64,000 nt of DNA from Carcharhinus amblyrhynchos (GCA_965287045.1 OZ336879.1:61814001-61878000), one strand, 5' to 3'. Shown: positions 24,501-39,500, numbered from the stretch's first letter. Numbers and translations: made by a program. Notes: a model not told the origin generated them from the sequence alone.

Positions 24501-27500
24501 GAGAAAATTTAACAATCTTGCTGAAAGTTTGACAAAGTAACAGAGTTTTGATGCGGGTAATGCTGATGACGTAGTGTATATGGACTTTCAGAAGGCATTT
24601 GATACATTGCCACACAACAGACTTGTGAGCAAATTTATAGTTCATGAAATAAAAGGGACAGCAGCAACGTGGATACAAAATTGACTTAGTAACTTACTTT
24701 GCTTAGGCAATCCCTCGGAGTCAAGGATGGCTTGCTTCCACACTGTAAGGTAGTCCTGATGTGACTGAGCAGTCCAATGTGTGACCTGCATTCTCTGTCA
24801 CAGTGGGGCAGACAGTGGTTGGAGAAAGGGGTGGGTGGGGTTTGCCATGTGCTCCTTTTGCTGTCGATGTTTGGCTTCAGCTTGTTCTCGGCAATATAAC
24901 CCGAGACGTTCAGCTCCTTCCCAGACGCTTTTCCTCCATTTTTGATGGTCTTGGGCCAGGGATTACCTGGCATCATGGGAAATGTTGCAGTTTCTCAAGG
25001 AGGCTTTGAAGGTGTCTTTGAGTTGTTTCCTCTGCCCTCCTGGGGCTTGTTTGCCATGTTGAAGTTCAAAATAGAATTTTTTTTGGGAGTTTCGTGGTCT
25101 CATGTCAGGCATGCAGACGATGTTGCCCACCCAGCAAAGCTGTTTGAGCATAGTCAATGCTTCAGTGCTGGGGATGTTGGCCTGAGCGACAACACTGGCA
25201 TTAGTGTGCCTATCTTGTCAGTAGATTTGCAGGATCTTGCAGAGACAGCACTGGTGGTACATCTGCTGGGTTTTGAGGTTTTTGCTGTATGTGGTCCACA
25301 TCTCTGAACTAACTAGGAAAATGAGTATCTCTACTGCTCTGTAACCCACGAACTTAGTGCTGGGTCTAAGGCTTTGGCCTTCAAGCACTCTTCTTCAGGT
25401 GGCTGAAGGCAGCGCTAGGACACTGAAGGCAACGTTCAACCTCGTTGCTGATATCTGCCCTTGTTGACAGTAAGCTCCCAAGGTATGGTAAGTGGTCCAC
25501 ATTGCCCAAGGGCTCATCATGGATTCTTTAAAATAGAAGGCAGATCTATGTGATTGGGACAGATTAGTAGAGGATTTTTGTCTTACACTGTAAGGCTCAT
25601 ATTCTCATACATCTCAGTAAGTATGCTATTGAAAACTTGGACGTTGGTCTCTGAGTGTGCACAGACGCAAGCATCGTTTGCTACTATAGCTCAATGACAA
25701 AGGTTGGGGACAATCTTGGATCTGGCCTGCAGGTGGCGGAAGTTGAACAAATTCCTGTTTGTTCTTTAGTTTAGCTTATTGAGGGTGAGGTGGAGAATTG
25801 CAGCAAGGAAGATCAAGAGAATGTTGGTATGATGGCCCAGCCTTGCTTGATCCCAGTCTGAATGTGAATTTGGTTCTGTGATGGATTCGTTGGTTAGGAT
25901 TACAGCTTGTATGTCATCATGGAGCAGGCAGAAGATGGTGACAAACCTTCGCCAAAACAAAGGATAATGCTTCATAATCCCTCATGGTTGACAGTGTCGA
26001 AGGCTTTTGTGAGGAAAGAGGGCCATGTACAAGGATTGACCCTGTTCACTGCATTTCTCTTGTCGTTGCCATGCAGTGAAGATGATCTCTGTTATGCCCC
26101 TTAGTGGGCAGAATCTGCATTGCAACTCGAGGAGGAGCTCTTCAGCCACAGGGAGAAGGTGATTAAGGTAAATCTTGCAATGGCCTTCCCTGTGATTGGC
26201 AGCAGGGAAATCCCTCAGTATTTTCTGCAGTCAGACCTGTCACCTTTCTTGAAGATGATCAAGATTACGACTTGATCTCTTGACATGTTCTCCTTCCAGA
26301 TAAAGGAAACGAGGTTACCTTTTTGCACCAATAGTGTTTTGCTGCCATGTTTTAGTGCTCCAGCAGGGATTCCACCTGCTCCTGAGGCCTTAGCTGTCAG
26401 ATGGCCTTTTCTACCTCGTGCCACGTTGGACTTGTGCTGAATGGTGGTGGGTATGGAACCAAGGGCAATCTGACATCCAAGATTCTCTGTTGAGGAAGTC
26501 TTCACAGTGCTCCTTCAAGTGAGCGCCGACTGCCTGTCTGACCTTGATGAGCACCTCTCCGCTCTTAGCCAGCAGTGGGATGGGGCCTTGGGTTCTTGGG
26601 CTGTAGGTGTTAAAGAACTCTCATGTTGAGTGACAGGAAACAAAAGTCTTGTGGTTATTGGATGTTTTTCAGGCTGGAGAAAGGTTTATAATGTAGTTCC
26701 CCAGAAGTCAATGTTGGAACTCTTGCTTTTCCTGATATATATATTAAAGACATAGACCTTGGTGTACAGGACACAATTTCAAAGTACAAAGTACAAGATC
26801 AGAGTAGGTAGGGTGAAAATGTTCCCATTTGTGAAAGGGTGAAGAATGAGATTTAAAGTAATTTGCAAATGTGGCAAAAGTGATATGGGAAAATAAATTT
26901 CATGCAGTGGGTGGTTGGAGTCTGGTATTCATTGCCTGAAGTATAATGGAGGTGGAATCAATCACAGCATTTAAAAGGGAATTAGACTGTTACATGAAAA
27001 GGAAGAATGTGCATGGTTGCAGGGAAAAGGTGAGAGAATGGAACCAGCTGAGTTGCTCAGACACAATGGGCTGAATGACCTTCTGCATTGTAACTATTTT
27101 GTGATTCTGTGATATGAACCTGAGCTGATTCAGTATTTGTGATGTCTCAGATATGTCAAGATGGATGTATTTTGTTTCAACGTTAGCTACATATGAAGAG
27201 ACATATAGAGAATCCACATTTTCCTGTTACAGGTCACCGTTATGCAAATAAATGATACTTTGATGAGACTTTCAGTATTAAATGCTGAGTTAAAAAATTG
27301 CTCTCATCTGTCAGCTGCCTTTCCACCCTGTTACTCATTACAAGCCATCCTAGTCTTACTCTGAACACTCCTATTTTTTTAATTCCTAAATGAACTCTTG
27401 AAACTCGGAGGACTTCCTCACCCCCTTCCAAATCCATCTGTTCATGCTTGCCATTGTCAAATAGAAAAGCTACAATCATTGAAGTGCTGAACCCTAAAAA

Positions 27501-30500
27501 GAATAAATCGTGCCAGCTTTTTATTTATTCATGGGATGTGGGCATTGTTGGCTCGGCTAGCATTTATTGGGCATCACTAATAGTTCATGGGAAGGTGGTG
27601 GTGAGCTGCTTTCTTGAACCGCTACAGTTGTATGGTGGAGGTAAACCCCAGGTCAAGGTGGTGAGTGATTTGGAAGCGAGCCTCCAGATGGTAGTGTTCC
27701 CAGGAATCTACTAGTCTTGGCCTTCTAGATGGGAGTGGTCCTGGGTTTTGAAAGTGCTGCTTAAGGAACCTTGATGAGTTCCTACAGTGCGTCTTGCAGA
27801 TGGCTGCCACTGTTTTTTTGTTTGTGGAGGGAGTGAATGCTTGTGGATGGGGTGCCAAGCAAGCAGGTTGCTTTGTTCTGAATGGTGTCAAACTTCTTGA
27901 GTGTTGTTGGAGTAGCATCCATACAGCCAAGTGCAGAGTATTCCATCACACTCCTGACTTGTGCCTTGCAGATGGTGCACATATTTTGGGTGTCAGAAGG
28001 CGAGTTACTCACCACGGGATTCCTAGCCTCTGACCTGCTATTATATTGACAGTATTCATATGACTAGTCCAGTTCAGTTTCCAGTCAATAGTCAATGATG
28101 AGAGTGGGAATTTAGCAATGGTAATGCCATTGAATATCAAGGGGTAATAGGTAGATGCTTTTGTGTTTAATAATTAAATAAATAGTCCTCGCTTCCAAGA
28201 TAAAATTCTATTAAAAGCCCATCATAATTGTGCTGTCATGGCTTTAACACACATACAAACAAGCGACTGCAAATCCTCAGAATGAATGCCGTGCGTGCGG
28301 TATAAATTATTAAGCAAACCTAGACGTATACTATTTGCATCATCAATCACTGTGCTACATGAGAGTATTTTGCCAGCCCCAATTGATGTGCTGGTGCTGA
28401 GCCCAACCTTGTTCTGATTCTGCTCTCTTTGAAGTTGTCAACATCATTTCTACTTTGTTAGCACTTGATAAAGTGAGGGCTGACTTGCTGGAGTTTCTTC
28501 ACCTACTATGGACAGATCTGGTAACGTGTAGATTTCAGGCTCAAGCTCTTCATGATTCAGATGAAAAGCAATTTCAAACATCAAATTCCAATGTATGATT
28601 AATCATTTTCTTGTAATTTTTTAAAAATTTAAGTTAACTGTGAAAGAACTAAGGGACATTCTTTTACATTGCTATGGTGTGGAATGCCTGAAAGAGGCAT
28701 GTAGAAAGATTCGATCATCTTCAAAAAAGAACGGGATAAATGTTTGCAAACTAAAATAATTGCACAACTGTAAAGGAAAAGCAAGCAAGGAGGACAAATT
28801 GGACAGGTCTTTTTTTTGTTCATTGCTGGTGGGCATCACCAGCTAGGCCAAAATTTCTTGCCCATCCCTAATTGCCCTTGTTCAGAGTCAAATGCATTGC
28901 TGGGGTCTGGAGTCACATGTAGGCCAGACCAGGTAAGGATGGCAGATTTCCTTCTCTAAAGCATATTTTACAACAATTGTAAATGGTATTGTGATTAAAC
29001 TTTTAAATTCAATTTTTTTTAATATTGTATTCAAATGCCATAGTGGGACTTGAAACCATGAACCCACAGCATTAGCCTGAGTTGCTAGAGTATTAATTCA
29101 ATGCTATTACCATTATGCCATCATCTTTAGCTCTTTTAAAGAGCTAGCATCAGTATGAGGGACTGGATAGCCTCTTTCTGCACTATATGATCGATGTATT
29201 TGCAAAGCTTATTTCCAGTGTTGTTTTTCTCAGTGAGAGTTCAAGTAGGCAGATGAAGGATCACAGTAGTGGTGCATGTTGATTGGCTACATGTTGCTCC
29301 TTACTTTTGAAAGATTTTGCAGACTGTTAATTTTTTGATTGGAAGGTTTTAAAATTGCTGTTTGGCAGTTTTTATTCCTAGCTGCTATTTGTTAATTGAC
29401 ACTTTCGTTCATGTCAGCTGTGATTTGTTGCTGTTTTAGGAACACGGAATTTAAGCCAATGGGTGCAAGTATGATGCAAGAATCTGTATCTTAAAAAGTT
29501 GTTGTACCACAAAGTGTCACAGCCTGAACTGGGACAGCCAATGATGCCTTCTATTTCGAATGCTTCTTTGAAAATGTTACAGTTGTGGAACACTGGGGAG
29601 CCGGTGGCAAAGTGGTATTATCACTGGGCTAGTAACCCAGAATAATATTCTAGGTTCTCAGGTTCAAATCCCATCACACATTCAGTAAAAATCAATTGAT
29701 AACCCATTGTAGATTATTGTAAAAACCCATCTGGTTCATTAATGTCCTTTATGGAAGGAAATCTGCTATTCTCACCTGATCTAGCCTCCACGTGATTCCA
29801 GATTCACACAAATATATTTGATATTTAACTAGTCCATCCCCTGTAGTTAGGGATAGGCACCCAATGCTGGCCCGGCGAGTGATGTATCACATCCCATGAA
29901 CGAATAAAGAAAGCAAGTCCTGACATGACAATAACCTGGATTATTTTCATCTGCACCGTGAGAGTAATGCTTCTCATTCTTAAAAATAATTCTACACCTC
30001 CCTTTGGTGAGCCTCATCAGTTTTGTTGTCCGTGAAGATGCCCAAAGCACACAGTACAGGCTCAGGCTGAAAACAGCAATTGGGATCCTGACTTATATCA
30101 TAAAACCGCAAATTGAATACTACAACAGGCTTTTCATCTGTTTGCCAGCAGACGCTGAACATCTGACAAAGGGCCTGGTGGCACAGTGGTTTGCACTGCT
30201 GCCTCACAGCGTCAGGGACCCAGGTTCGATTCTAGCCTTGGGTGACTGTGTGGATGCTGCACGTTCTCCCTATATTTGCATGGGTTTCCTATGGGTGCTC
30301 CAGCATCCTTGCACAGTCCAAGGATGTGTAGTTAGGTGAAGTTGGTAGAGATTCCGAGTGGCTGATACTATCAGAAATTCAGACAATACAAGGCTCATGA
30401 AGTCAATGTCTCAGTTTAAAGACGTAACCTTCATTTTGACCAGCGGCCGCTAGGAGAAATCATCAAAGAGTCAGGGCAGCTCATGAGATGAAACAGTTAG

Positions 30501-33500
30501 GCCTCTGTAATGAATTCTGATGTAGACAATTCAAAACAGATCAATTTTAGCTTTTCTTATCAATTACTCCTGCCTTTCATTAGCTTTAAATCAATCATCT
30601 TCAATATACATGAATCAACAATACCCATCATATACCTTAGCCAATTGCATCTTACTCACTGGCGTAATGGCATTTTATTAGTCTGTAGAATCCAGAAGCT
30701 AACTCTTGTCTTGGCTGACACCACTTCCCATGTTGCCGATTATTTGTGATGCCAGCCCAAAGTTCAAATGAACGCTCCCATGAGTTCTCCTGTAGGTCAC
30801 TGCCAAACCAGATTAACACATGACTCCAATCTGAGAATGCATCCATCTTATCTGGACAGTGAATAAACCCTCTTCAAAAAAATGATTGTGTTCTAAATGT
30901 TCTAACCATCCAAAACTCTACTGGTAAAACTTGTGTATTCTCAGGGCTAAACATTCTCTTAGAATATGGCTTTGCCCTTATGCCCTTTACCATGATGCCT
31001 CGCAGCAATCTGCCTTTGGCTAAAGTGTGCAATAATTCTTAAAAATGCATTAATACATTCAAAATACCAACTATGTGTTTTAAATCATAATCACTTGTTT
31101 AAATCTCTTACTGCATTTCATACATGTATAAATTGCTTTCTTGTTAGTTTATAATTCTGTTTTAAAGTCATTTAACTTAATACTGGGAGTTCTGTCAGTG
31201 CTTTAATGTCTAATTGTTTAAAAAATTACTAACCTATTAGGATATTTCCCCTTATAGGTGGATTGGCCATGGTAAATGCACGGAGGTAGGTAAGGGTGGG
31301 CCTGCGTAAAATGTTCTTTCAGAGAGTCATTGCAAACTCGATGGGCTGAATGGTCTACTTCTGCATTATAGGGATCCTGTGGCTTCTATGAAACTGAAGC
31401 TGGCTGTTTTTCTGGATGTTAACATGGGCAATAAGTCTACCAACCCCATCTTGACAACTGCACTTGTAACTCCAGGCAAAGGCAATGAAAACTAAATTGT
31501 ATGTCTTCATCCATTTTAAAGAGTTTCAGAATTAATTTTCCATGACTCAAAAAATAAATGCCAGTTTTTTCATGATTTTTGTGCATTCCCATTGTGAATT
31601 CAACTCTGGAAATCTCATATCTAAGAGCTGCTCTTTATCCTTACCATCTGTCTTGGATAGCTTTCACTTCTTGGGAGTGTTTCTGCCTGAATGTGGCTTC
31701 CACAACAACAAGTGAGAATCTAGTCTTATATAACATTAATGAACTCAATGAGTGATAGGAGTTCCTGATGAAACAGCAAGTCAAGCCAATTGTCCCATCC
31801 ACATTTTTTGGATTAGACAGCCTTGTCTCCATTTCTTACATGGTAACGTTATTTTTCAGCTTTGTTTACAGTACATTTTGGCAAAGATTTCAGAACCAGA
31901 ATAACCACATTCTTTAAAATTGCGGGAGAACAGCAAAGTTGCAATGCAGTCAGGATATTTTCTCACTTCCCTCCGTCAAAGGAAGGAAAGTACTGCTAGT
32001 TTACTCCTCCGCTTATGTGTCAGCATTAGACTCTGATATATTGTAGCATTTACTCCGAAAGCTCCAGTGGATTTCTCATTTCATCTCTTTTCATTCTTAA
32101 ACTTCTCCTATTACTCTATTACCTGTACCAGTTTCGCAGTCTGACAGCTACACTTTGCCCATTATTCTTTCCTCACTGGAATTTTGTGCATCAGGTTCAA
32201 TCTTTGCCTCCAACCTAATTGTGGCTGACAAAGGTTTCATTCTCTTCTGTCTTCAGCAACTTCCTTTATTTCTCCTGCAGTTTTTTAACATGATTCCCCT
32301 TAATTTGGTCTTAATGTCTAGCTAACCTTTGTGTCAAGTATATCAGTTTTAATTGCGCCTACTTTGTCGAATTTTCCGATGCCAGTTCCAAATGATAATG
32401 TTTCAGATCCATGTTATGCATCCACCTGCGGAAACCTTCACTATTGTGGTTAGCAGATTTTGCTAAATTTCCTTTCAGAATTTCATCAATGTGTTCTTGT
32501 GGAGAAGGTTTCTCCCATCATCGATGTTAATGTAAAATCTCTCCCTTTCTCTACCCAAGCCCCAGGAGGCTCTGAACATGGATCTGTATTTATTTTGAAA
32601 GATTACCAATTTTCTCATTCTCCTTTGGCGACAGAATTGAATGTTGTTAGAGTAGTGGTCTACTGATGCTGGATGGTGTCTGCTTTCTCTCATACAAGAC
32701 CATTTCTTGCTTATCTCCCAAGATAACGAGAGTTGGTGAGGAATTTGGCCTTTGGAGTTTATAATTCTGTTTTAAAGTCATTTAACTTAATCCTGGGAGG
32801 TCTGTCAGTGCTTTAATGTCTAATGGTTAAAAATTACTAACCTATTAGGATATTATAATGAGAGTTGGTGAGGAATTTGGCCTTTGGAGTACCCAGGAGC
32901 GCTTATCTTCTCCCTCACCTAATGCTTACATTTGTATTTTTCACCAGGATAGAAGTGGGATGCCTGCCAAATGTTTTTATTCTTTACCTGAAGGCAATTG
33001 CAATAACCAGATTACTATCCTGTCTAATTAAAAACAGACCTGGAATCAAACCTTGGCCTACCTGTGCTTTAGTTTCCCGTTGCCTTTGCTGAATAAACCT
33101 TTAGTGGAGCTGAATAATCATATTTGACCTATTATTTCTTAAAAGTAATCTTTGGGCACTTTTCAACAATTTGATTTCAATGCTGCCAGAACTTCAGATC
33201 TTTGTTCTAGATGAGAGAACTAATACCTCTGAGATGAAAGCATTTCTCGTATCTAGTAAACAAAGTGCTATGAGGGTGTCTCTGGATATCAGGGCATTGC
33301 ATATGCCTTCAACACACTTGAACTTTGGAGGCTTGAAAAAGCATCAGACATGTCCTCTGTTTTCCTGTTGCGTCTCCCAGATGGTTTCATTCATGTTGTG
33401 CTATTTTTCTTTCCATATTAGAACCGTGTCAGACTCGATGCTTTATTTTTCTTCCTTTTATCTTTAAAGTGGCTGTGGATTGAATCCAATTTGAGTCACT

Positions 33501-36500
33501 CAGTAAGCATGGATTGAAGTTTCCCAACTCTGTCCTCATGATGGCGTTTAGCTACAAGTCCACAACCTTTATGCAGTAACTGCAGGATGCGTAGGGGCTG
33601 CATTCTGCGTCAGAGTAGTCAAAGGTTTCCAATATAAAAGCAAGAAACAGCAGATGTGGAAAATCTGAAATAAAATCAGAAAATGTTAGAAAATCTCAGT
33701 TGGTTTGTCAATGGAGAAGGAAGTTAACGTTTCAAGTCTGCATGACTCTTCTTCTGTGCTTCAAGATGCTGTTCAACTTTGTCCCATTTTGTCATTTGCT
33801 GCTGCCTGCCACTCGCTTAGGGATTGGGAAAACTCATCCCCTAGGAGTAACACTAACATTCCCAGTCACAAAGACTTGTAGAACCCACCAAGATAGCATT
33901 TAAAATCATGTCTGCCATTCTGGGAAGCAGCAACTAATAATAATGGGGCTGGTATCAACTCACTTTCAAGACTGATAGAGTCATGGGACCATGCAACATG
34001 GAAAAACAGTTTGAAACTGACCCAACAGTTCTTGGAATTCTTGGTTTTGACTTCCCTCAAAGGCAATGGAAAGCCCTCAACTGAATCTGTGTAGGGAGTG
34101 GAGGAAGCAGCCTCTTGCTCCATAGTTTAACCTGAAGTGAGAATGTGGCCATGAATCTCAGTGGAGCACATCTAATCAATGTGCTTATCAAGATCTATTG
34201 TGGGAGGCACCTCATTTCTTCATTTGGTGATAGTCAAATTAGACATCCCATTACAACTTCACTCATATGAAAGCAATGATACCCAATTTGAGATTCTCTT
34301 TGTGCACTGTGCAACATCTTACACCCTTTCCTAACATTTTAGTCTTTTAAACCGTTTTATTGAGGAAACAAGAAGCAAGATGAAGGCCCTTGTAAACTTG
34401 CATCACAGCAAATTAAAAGAGAAAATGGAAATGCAAATGAATCAGAAAGTTATGATTGGATGGTAAAAGCATAATTTTCAAGAGCAACAGATTGGAGAAA
34501 CACAGTGATGTCCTGAGAAATAATGGGATGAAATTTATTAATGGCAGATTTTGGGCACCAGAATATCAATGCGCACAGATTAGATGCCAGAAATCACAGA
34601 CCTGAGCCTTGTCCAAATCTGAAACTGATGCCTCATTAGCATAATTTCTATAAGCTGGCAATATGCTAACTGGGCATTCTGATGAAATTTGTCGGTCACA
34701 GTGATGACACTTGGAGCTGGATGTGTTGCCAGCAGCCGTCCTCATTTAGGACCTGGGAAAGGGGACAAGGTGACTCGGAATGCGATGGTGAGGGAGGGAG
34801 TTAGAAGCCTGTGCTGGCAGCAGACTGCAACAGTGCTGTAAGACGAGGAGCAGCTGCTCTGCAGGAAATTAAAATTCAAAACCATACGGTTTTGTTGGCG
34901 GTGCATGCCAAATTTCAATGTGATGAAACAAGTGTTCGGCCCTTCATCATCGCTATGTGCAAGAAACCAATGCCTGTCTCAGGTTGCTGCTGCGGATAAC
35001 ACCTGAACCAATATGGTGCTAGACGTATTCAGACACAAGACATATAGTCCTGCAAATTTTGTTGCTTTTTCTCCCCAGTTCGCGATCAAAAATCACGCAT
35101 AACTGGGTCCATTTTTTCTACCAGTGAGATAGAATAGACAAATGTACAATGAATTCTTAGTTCATTGAAGCATAGGATTTAGGAGCAGAAGTCAGACATT
35201 CCATCCATCGAGACTACTCTGCTGCTCAATAGGGTGATGGCTGATCTGGGCATGTCTCAACTCCACTTTGTCCTCCAGAGCCTCCCACATCTATCAAAAA
35301 TCTGTCTAACTGTGCTGTAAATATGTGCAATGACCCAGCCACCACTGCTTTCTGGGGAAGAGAATTCCACATACTGACAACCCTTTGAGATAAAAAAAAT
35401 TCTCCTCATCTCTGTCTTAAACGGTAGAGCTCTTATTCTTAAACTGTCCCCTGGTTTCTAGTCTTGCCCACCTGGTATCCAACCAATCAAATCCCTTCAG
35501 GATCTGATATATTTCAGTGAGGTCACCTCTCATTCTTCTAATGGGTAAAGGCCTAACTTGTTATTGTTCATAAGATAAGCAAATGGAAAGTATTCCATCA
35601 CATTCCTGACTTGTGCCAAGGAGAGATGGTTAGATTCTCATTTGTTGGAGTTGGCCATTGCCTGGCATTTGTGTAGTGTGAATGTTATCAGCCCAAGTCT
35701 GAATGTTGATCAGGTCTTGCTACATATGAATACAGACTGCTTTTGTATCTGAAGGGACAGCATGGTGGAACAGTAGTTAATTCAATTGCAGAGTTGGGTG
35801 ACTGTGTAGAGTTTGCAATTTCTCCCCATGTATATGTGGGTTTTCCCTGAGTTCTCCAGCTTCCCCTCTCAGTCCAAAGATGTGCCATGGCAAATGGGCA
35901 GGGTAACAGGTGTAAGGCAGACACACGTGCCTGGCTGTGATGCTCTTTCAGAGAGTCGGTGCAGACTTGATGGGCCAAATGGTTTCCTTCTGTACTGAAG
36001 GGATTCTATGAAGAAGCACAAATGGTGCTGCACATTGTGCAGTTATCAGCAAACATGCCTACCTCTGACTTTATGGTGGAAGGACGATCATTGATGCAGC
36101 AGCTGAAGATAGTTGGGCCTTGGATACTACCTTGAAGAACATCTACAATGATCTCCTGGAACTAAGATGATTGACCTCCAACAAATTCAACCACCTTCCT
36201 TTGTGCTAGATTTGACTCCAGCCAGTGGGAAATTTTCAGCTGATTGCTATTGACTTCAGTTTTGCTCGTGCTCCTTGACGCTATACTCAGTCAAATGCTG
36301 CCTTAATGTCAGGGTTGAATTTTCACCTCACCTCTAGAATTCAGCTCTTTTGTTCATGTATGGGTCAATGCTATATTGAGGTCACAAGCTAAATAACACT
36401 AGTAAAACCCAAACTGAGAATCAATACGCAGGCTATTGCTGAGCAAGTGGCACTTGATAGCACTGTCAACAACCCCTTCCATCACATGGCTGATGATTGA

Positions 36501-39500
36501 GAGTAAGCTGATGGAGTGGTAATTAACTGGTTGGATTTGTCCTGCTGAATATCAGGATGGGATTGTTGAGAACGATTTGGAGCTGAGGCAGGGTGGTCAA
36601 ATTTCTCCTGCCTTGTTACTGGAAAAGGAAGCAATTAAACAGGTCTATGGATGTTTAATGTTCTCTGTTTTGGAACATATATCTACATTGTGAGGTAATG
36701 TAAGGTTTTGGGACAATGAAACAGTTGAAGGAATACAAGAAGATAAATACTTTTATCACTCTTCAGCTGACGCCTCACATCCTGCATGCCCAGCTCTCAT
36801 TGTGTCTTCTGTGCACTTTCCCTGAAGTTACCTGGCTTCCTCTTTATAGATGGTCACATCAAGGTTCCTTCAGCCAGTGACTGATGTGTGTCACTGAAAG
36901 CGGGCAATTGTCTCCTGTGCAAAGAGTGCTCAGTACTGGTATTGGGTCTCCTGAATGAAAATGTAGCTCATTTTCTAATAAAGGCATCAATCAACTTGAG
37001 AAGTAAACGCACCCCTCGGCAAACTGTAAAAGGCAGTCTATAACAGAGCAAAGTAATTTGTGATGTTTCAGTGTCAAGAACAGGGAATTGAAGTTTCTGT
37101 AATTGACTTTTCTCTAAATCATCATTATAATAAATTGAGGGCGACTTGGTGAGGTTTAAGTAACAAAAGGCTTGATTGCCAACAAATAAATACGTATTTA
37201 CACTAATGGGGTCAGACAGAATAACTATCCAACTGTACAACTCTCTTCTCTAACTCCAACTGAGGATTCTTCCTGATCTGCGTTACATGCCCTTACACTC
37301 AACTGGGTCCAGCCCAATCATATAACCTTCAGGAACACCTCCTTAAAGGGGCCATGCTACCACAGTCAAAAATTAGAAATGTTTCCTTTGACAACATCTT
37401 CCATACCTGGGACCTCTACTCCTCAAATGACAAGGGTAGCAGATGTATGGGAACACCACTACCTGAAGGTTTCTCTCCAAGCCATGCGCCATCCTAACTC
37501 AAAACTGTACCATCATTTTTCCTTTGTTTGCTCAGTCAAAATCATGGAATTCCCTCCTAACAGGACTGTGGGTGTACCTACTCCCCTTGGGCTGCAATGG
37601 TTCAAGAAGGTAGCTCACTACCAGGGCAATTAGGGATGGGCAATAAATGTTGGTCTAGCCAGTGACACTCACGTCTTGAATAAATTTGGAAAATCACAAA
37701 TGGTGCCACATCAGATAATTGGAGTCAGTCTGTTATGCATGTGCGCTTTTGTGTGGTTGCATTGTCAATGTTTGTAGTGAACAAACTCTGATACACATAT
37801 TTTCAGAATACTTCATGCTATAAATGCCATGCAAATACAAATTTCCAACAAAGTGATTTTATGGCCAGTTTACTGAGAGTTTGCATTAACTGTAAACTTG
37901 AGAAGTTTGTAAATATGTGAGATTGAGCTGAAGGGATAAGAGTCAATATACTTTCAAAGCATTTAAACAAACTAATTGGCCTCGAGGGAGACCATTAAAG
38001 TGATTGAAATGTATTTAGTGCCATTACACTATACAAACAAAGGGTTAATTTTGTGGTTTTATTTTCACAGGACCCTAATGCCAGCTTTGATTTCAATGAC
38101 CATTTTGATGATAGACATGATCCTATTCCTAATGATTTGAATGGAAATAATGGGTAAATAAAACTTCAACTAATTTTTTGATCCTTAGTAATAATAGTCT
38201 CTGAATGTTTGCATTTTATGATTGGTCAGTGATTTGATTTGGTGAGTGGAACTTCTAACACATGCCTCACCTACTGGCCCTGGCTGTTGTCCCCCACTGC
38301 TCCATAGACCAAGTCACATTGCCCAGCAACTCATCAACCCCCCTGTTTCCCCACACCCCCCCCCCCACCATTTCCTCAACGCAACTTCGTTTCTGGCTAA
38401 TGACGATGACGATTGTGTGTGAAAAGCCGTGAGAGGGAGTGTCATGAGGGTGGAGAGAGGTGAGAATGGAATGGGGGGGATGTGAGTGGAAAGCAGTCAT
38501 GTGGGAAGAAGGTAAACACATGGAGAGAAGATGGCATTGGAGGAAGAAGTGGGGAGGGAACAAATTACAGATGACATGGGGGAGATGGTACAGAAAGTGA
38601 TACTGAGGAAGGGTGCTTGGGTGAGGGTGGGCAGCATGGAGAAGAGCGAGGTGGGGATAATGGTGAGAGATGGAAAGGAGACAGCATGGGCGGGAGTTTG
38701 GGATGTTAGGGAGGTATGGAATAGGTGATGGAAATGACATAGGAAGAAAAGGTGGGAAGTGTAGCAAAGGGACACAAGATCTGGATTAGGTCACTTGGTC
38801 CCTCGAATCTGTTCCACAATTCAAGTAGTGCACGACCCATCTGTACTCAAGCACCATTTACTTATCTCTTTAAATCCATACATAACAAAAGCCTATTAAC
38901 TCAATCCTGGTAATTTCAATTGATGAAACATCCATAATTTTATCCTTCATCCATTTATCTTCTGAAATCAACTTCCACAATTTTCAAACACCATGTGGCA
39001 TTGACATTGTTTTTATTTCCCTGAAGGGTGCTGCTGATTGAAGTGGTATTATTGGTGTTGGTGATTTGCACATGTTTGGCTTGTTGGACATTGCCCCAAC
39101 TGGCAAATATTCCCATCAGTGACATTTGGCTTCGTTTTAATAGGACCACAAGTTAAATGTCAGCAAAGGCAAAGGCTGTCTATTTTGGCTTCTGGAAATA
39201 CATGCAAAACCTCCAGCCTTCCTCCTGGCTGTCTTCTCAGGCTTTGATCTGTGGAACTTTGGCATACTGCTCAACTGCAAGCTCAACCACTTTCTCCACA
39301 TCCAAGCTGCTGCCAATACCACTATCTTTTCACCTGCAAAGCAAACCTCCAAATCAGTCTCCAGTCTACATCTTTATTATTGTGATAATGTTTCTTTTCC
39401 AGTTGCCTCCTTGACATCCTCCTCTCTTGCACCCTCCAAAAAAATGCATCCAAATTGCAGTCTTTTCCATTCTCTGTTCTAACAAAGGAAAATAACATTG

